Below, piece by piece: positions 62,392 through 64,000 of a stretch of DNA of 64,000 nucleotides; position 1 is the stretch's first letter; the number at the start of each line of letters is the position of its first letter. The position numbers and the translations under genes are program-made. The notes under the pieces are model-generated. The model had not been told where the DNA came from, did no database searches, and was given only the letters and a program-made list of their open reading frames with translations. This DNA comes from Vezdaea acicularis (lineage: Eukaryota), in the NCBI GenBank assembly GCA_026025075.1, contig JAPEUI010000053.1, positions 1-64,000 of the forward strand. The letters run 5' to 3'.

Positions 62392-64000
62392 CTAAAGTTT
62401 GACACTCCTGATCAAGCCCTTTTTGATCCCCGTTGCCTCGCCCCCATACCCGCCCCTCCCCTCACCACCCCTGTACACCTGCCTCACGCTGCCGAGCTTC
62501 TTCTTCTTCTCCTCAAACTTCTTGCGCTTCTTCACTCTCGGGTTCCTCACGTCTTTCTTCCGCTTCGGCGCGAGGCCCTTGTTCTTCTCGATCGTATACC
62601 CGATCGCGCGTTTCTCGCCGTCAGCCACGCCTGGCTCGGGGATGAACACCTTGCCCGCTTTGTCGGCTTCGGCCATGGCATCAAAGACGGCTTGTTTCTG
62701 CGCTTTCTTGTTCTTGGAGGATCGCGCCACGAGGTCATAATACTCGTCTTCGTCATCTTTCACCTCATTGGCTACCCGTTTGTCTTCGTCGTCGCTCTCG
62801 CCGCCCAGGTCTCGCCCTCCATTCTTCTTGCCTCTCCGCTCGGCCTCAGCATTGAGACGGGCCATGCGATCTTTGTGTCGTTCGCGATAGGGAATGTCTG
62901 TGTCTCCGCCGGCGTCTCGGCCCGCTTCGGAGCGTCTGTTGGCTTTCTGGGCGATCTGAGAGGTGTAGAACCGGAGAGACTTCTTCTTGGCTGCTTTGGC
63001 GGCCGCCTCGTGTGGAAGAAGGGAATTAGAGTCGTCGTAGTCTGAGGGAATATCCGTGGTGGTGAGAGCATTCGTAGAGGCCGGGCGAGATACTTTCTTG
63101 GGTTGGGAGACGCTGGCTGTGAGCTCTGCGAGCTCCTTGTTCATCTTCGAGATCCGCTCTTGGCGCAGGGCTTCTGCTTCTGCCTGGGCAGCGGCCTGCT
63201 CTCGAGCTAGTTTGGCTAATCTCCTCTCCTTTTTGCTCATCCGTATTTTGGGAGTGGGAGCATCTACTACCATATGACCATCGTCTCGCTCTGTGTGTCC
63301 GTTCTCAGTCATAGCCGACTGGCGGCCATTCTGAGAGTGCTGCTCCATAGTCTCTGGAACATTGAGACCTTTGACTTTGTTCCAAAGTTCTCGGCACTCT
63401 ACTAAAGTCCCCATGATGGCGTGATCTCGAAGCTCAGTAGCAGACATGCCCTTCACACTACCATCTTCGCCTTTGGTTGTGGACGTGAACAAAGCAAAGT
63501 ACATGCTTAAAGATCCTAGATATGCCGTTAATGCTTGGTACTTTGTGACAGCAATTGGCGTCTGTTGTTCTTCATCGTCGGCCGGAGGCGATGGAAGCCC
63601 CCCCATAGCTGTCGCTGCTTTTGCTGATAGGACAAGATTCTGATACACTGGTTGCAGCTCCACAAATTCCTTTGCCAGGGGCTCAAACTCGGGATATCTC
63701 ATGTTCAATATTCGTGTCCGTTCTTCTGTGCTCATAGACTCAGTAATCTCTAACTCGGGTAAGATTTCTGTAACGACCCCTCCTGCTGCATTGCCACCAT
63801 CGATATCATTATCTTTGCCCGAGTTTATAAACTCAACTTCGTCGAACCCAAAGTCCGCCTCGGTCATGCCTTGCAAGTGCTTTTGTTGTAGTCGCAGCGC
63901 TTCAGTCTCTTCTTCCAAAGCATCTTGCTCCGTCTCAATTACGTCTGCATTGTAATAGTCTTGCCTTGATATGCCCCACCCTTCCTCGATATCCTCATCT
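62392..64000 (-). CDS. SAS10: SSU processome protein Sas10/Utp3, 5'-truncated by the window edge
   Basis: Sas10 C-terminal domain KRAIGYTIEKNKGLAPKRKKDVRNPRVKKRKKFE...GYGGEATGIK..LIRSVKL*. GWG...DYYNAD near the edge; the frame is open to 64000. Confidence 0.94.
   Translation of the reverse strand, partial: DEDIEEGWGISRQDYYNADVIETEQDALEEETEALRLQQKHLQGMTEADFGFDEVEFINSGKDNDIDGGNAAGGVVTEILPELEITESMSTEERTRILNMRYPEFEPLAKEFVELQPVYQNLVLSAKAATAMGGLPSPPADDEEQQTPIAVTKYQALTAYLGSLSMYFALFTSTTKGEDGSVKGMSATELRDHAIMGTLVECRELWNKVKGLNVPETMEQHSQNGRQSAMTENGHTERDDGHMVVDAPTPKIRMSKKERRLAKLAREQAAAQAEAEALRQERISKMNKELAELTASVSQPKKVSRPASTNALTTTDIPSDYDDSNSLLPHEAAAKAAKKKSLRFYTSQIAQKANRRSEAGRDAGGDTDIPYRERHKDRMARLNAEAERRGKKNGGRDLGGESDDEDKRVANEVKDDEDEYYDLVARSSKNKKAQKQAVFDAMAEADKAGKVFIPEPGVADGEKRAIGYTIEKNKGLAPKRKKDVRNPRVKKRKKFEEKKKKLGSVRQVYRGGEGRGGYGGEATGIKKGLIRSVKL

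Overview
Filamentous ascomycete (Pezizomycotina-type) chromosomal DNA with short GT-AG introns. Bases 1-~8200 are an AT-rich, RIP-like mutated transposon block. It contains a dead Mutator/MULE element (52-bp TIRs, transposase relic) carrying three solo LTRs, plus a fourth solo LTR with a fifth, unrelated LTR nested inside it; most have readable 5-bp TSDs. From 8.3 kb the window is gene-dense and mostly housekeeping: RRP1, sphingoid base kinase (LCB4-like), beta-COP (SEC26), mago nashi, GID4/VID24, TRM8, an MDM1-like PXA-RGS-PX protein, a DUF2263 microbial-type PARG, a >2000-aa PAM2-motif coiled-coil protein, a GH17 glucanase (BGL2-like), EF-1beta with intronic snR18/U18, HSP78, an impala/mimp-like MITE, MSH5, GLE1, SSD1, a Zn2Cys6 transcription factor, ERB1 and the 3' part of SAS10. 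The most interesting lead is the giant PAM2/coiled-coil protein. Its architecture resembles the basidiomycete endosomal mRNA-transport scaffold Upa2, it carries NDR-kinase sites, and it is preceded by a 303-codon AUG-less open frame. It lies near SSD1 and a cell-wall gene whose upstream region is rich in Ssd1-type motifs. All calls come from reading the sequence by eye; no database searches were run.
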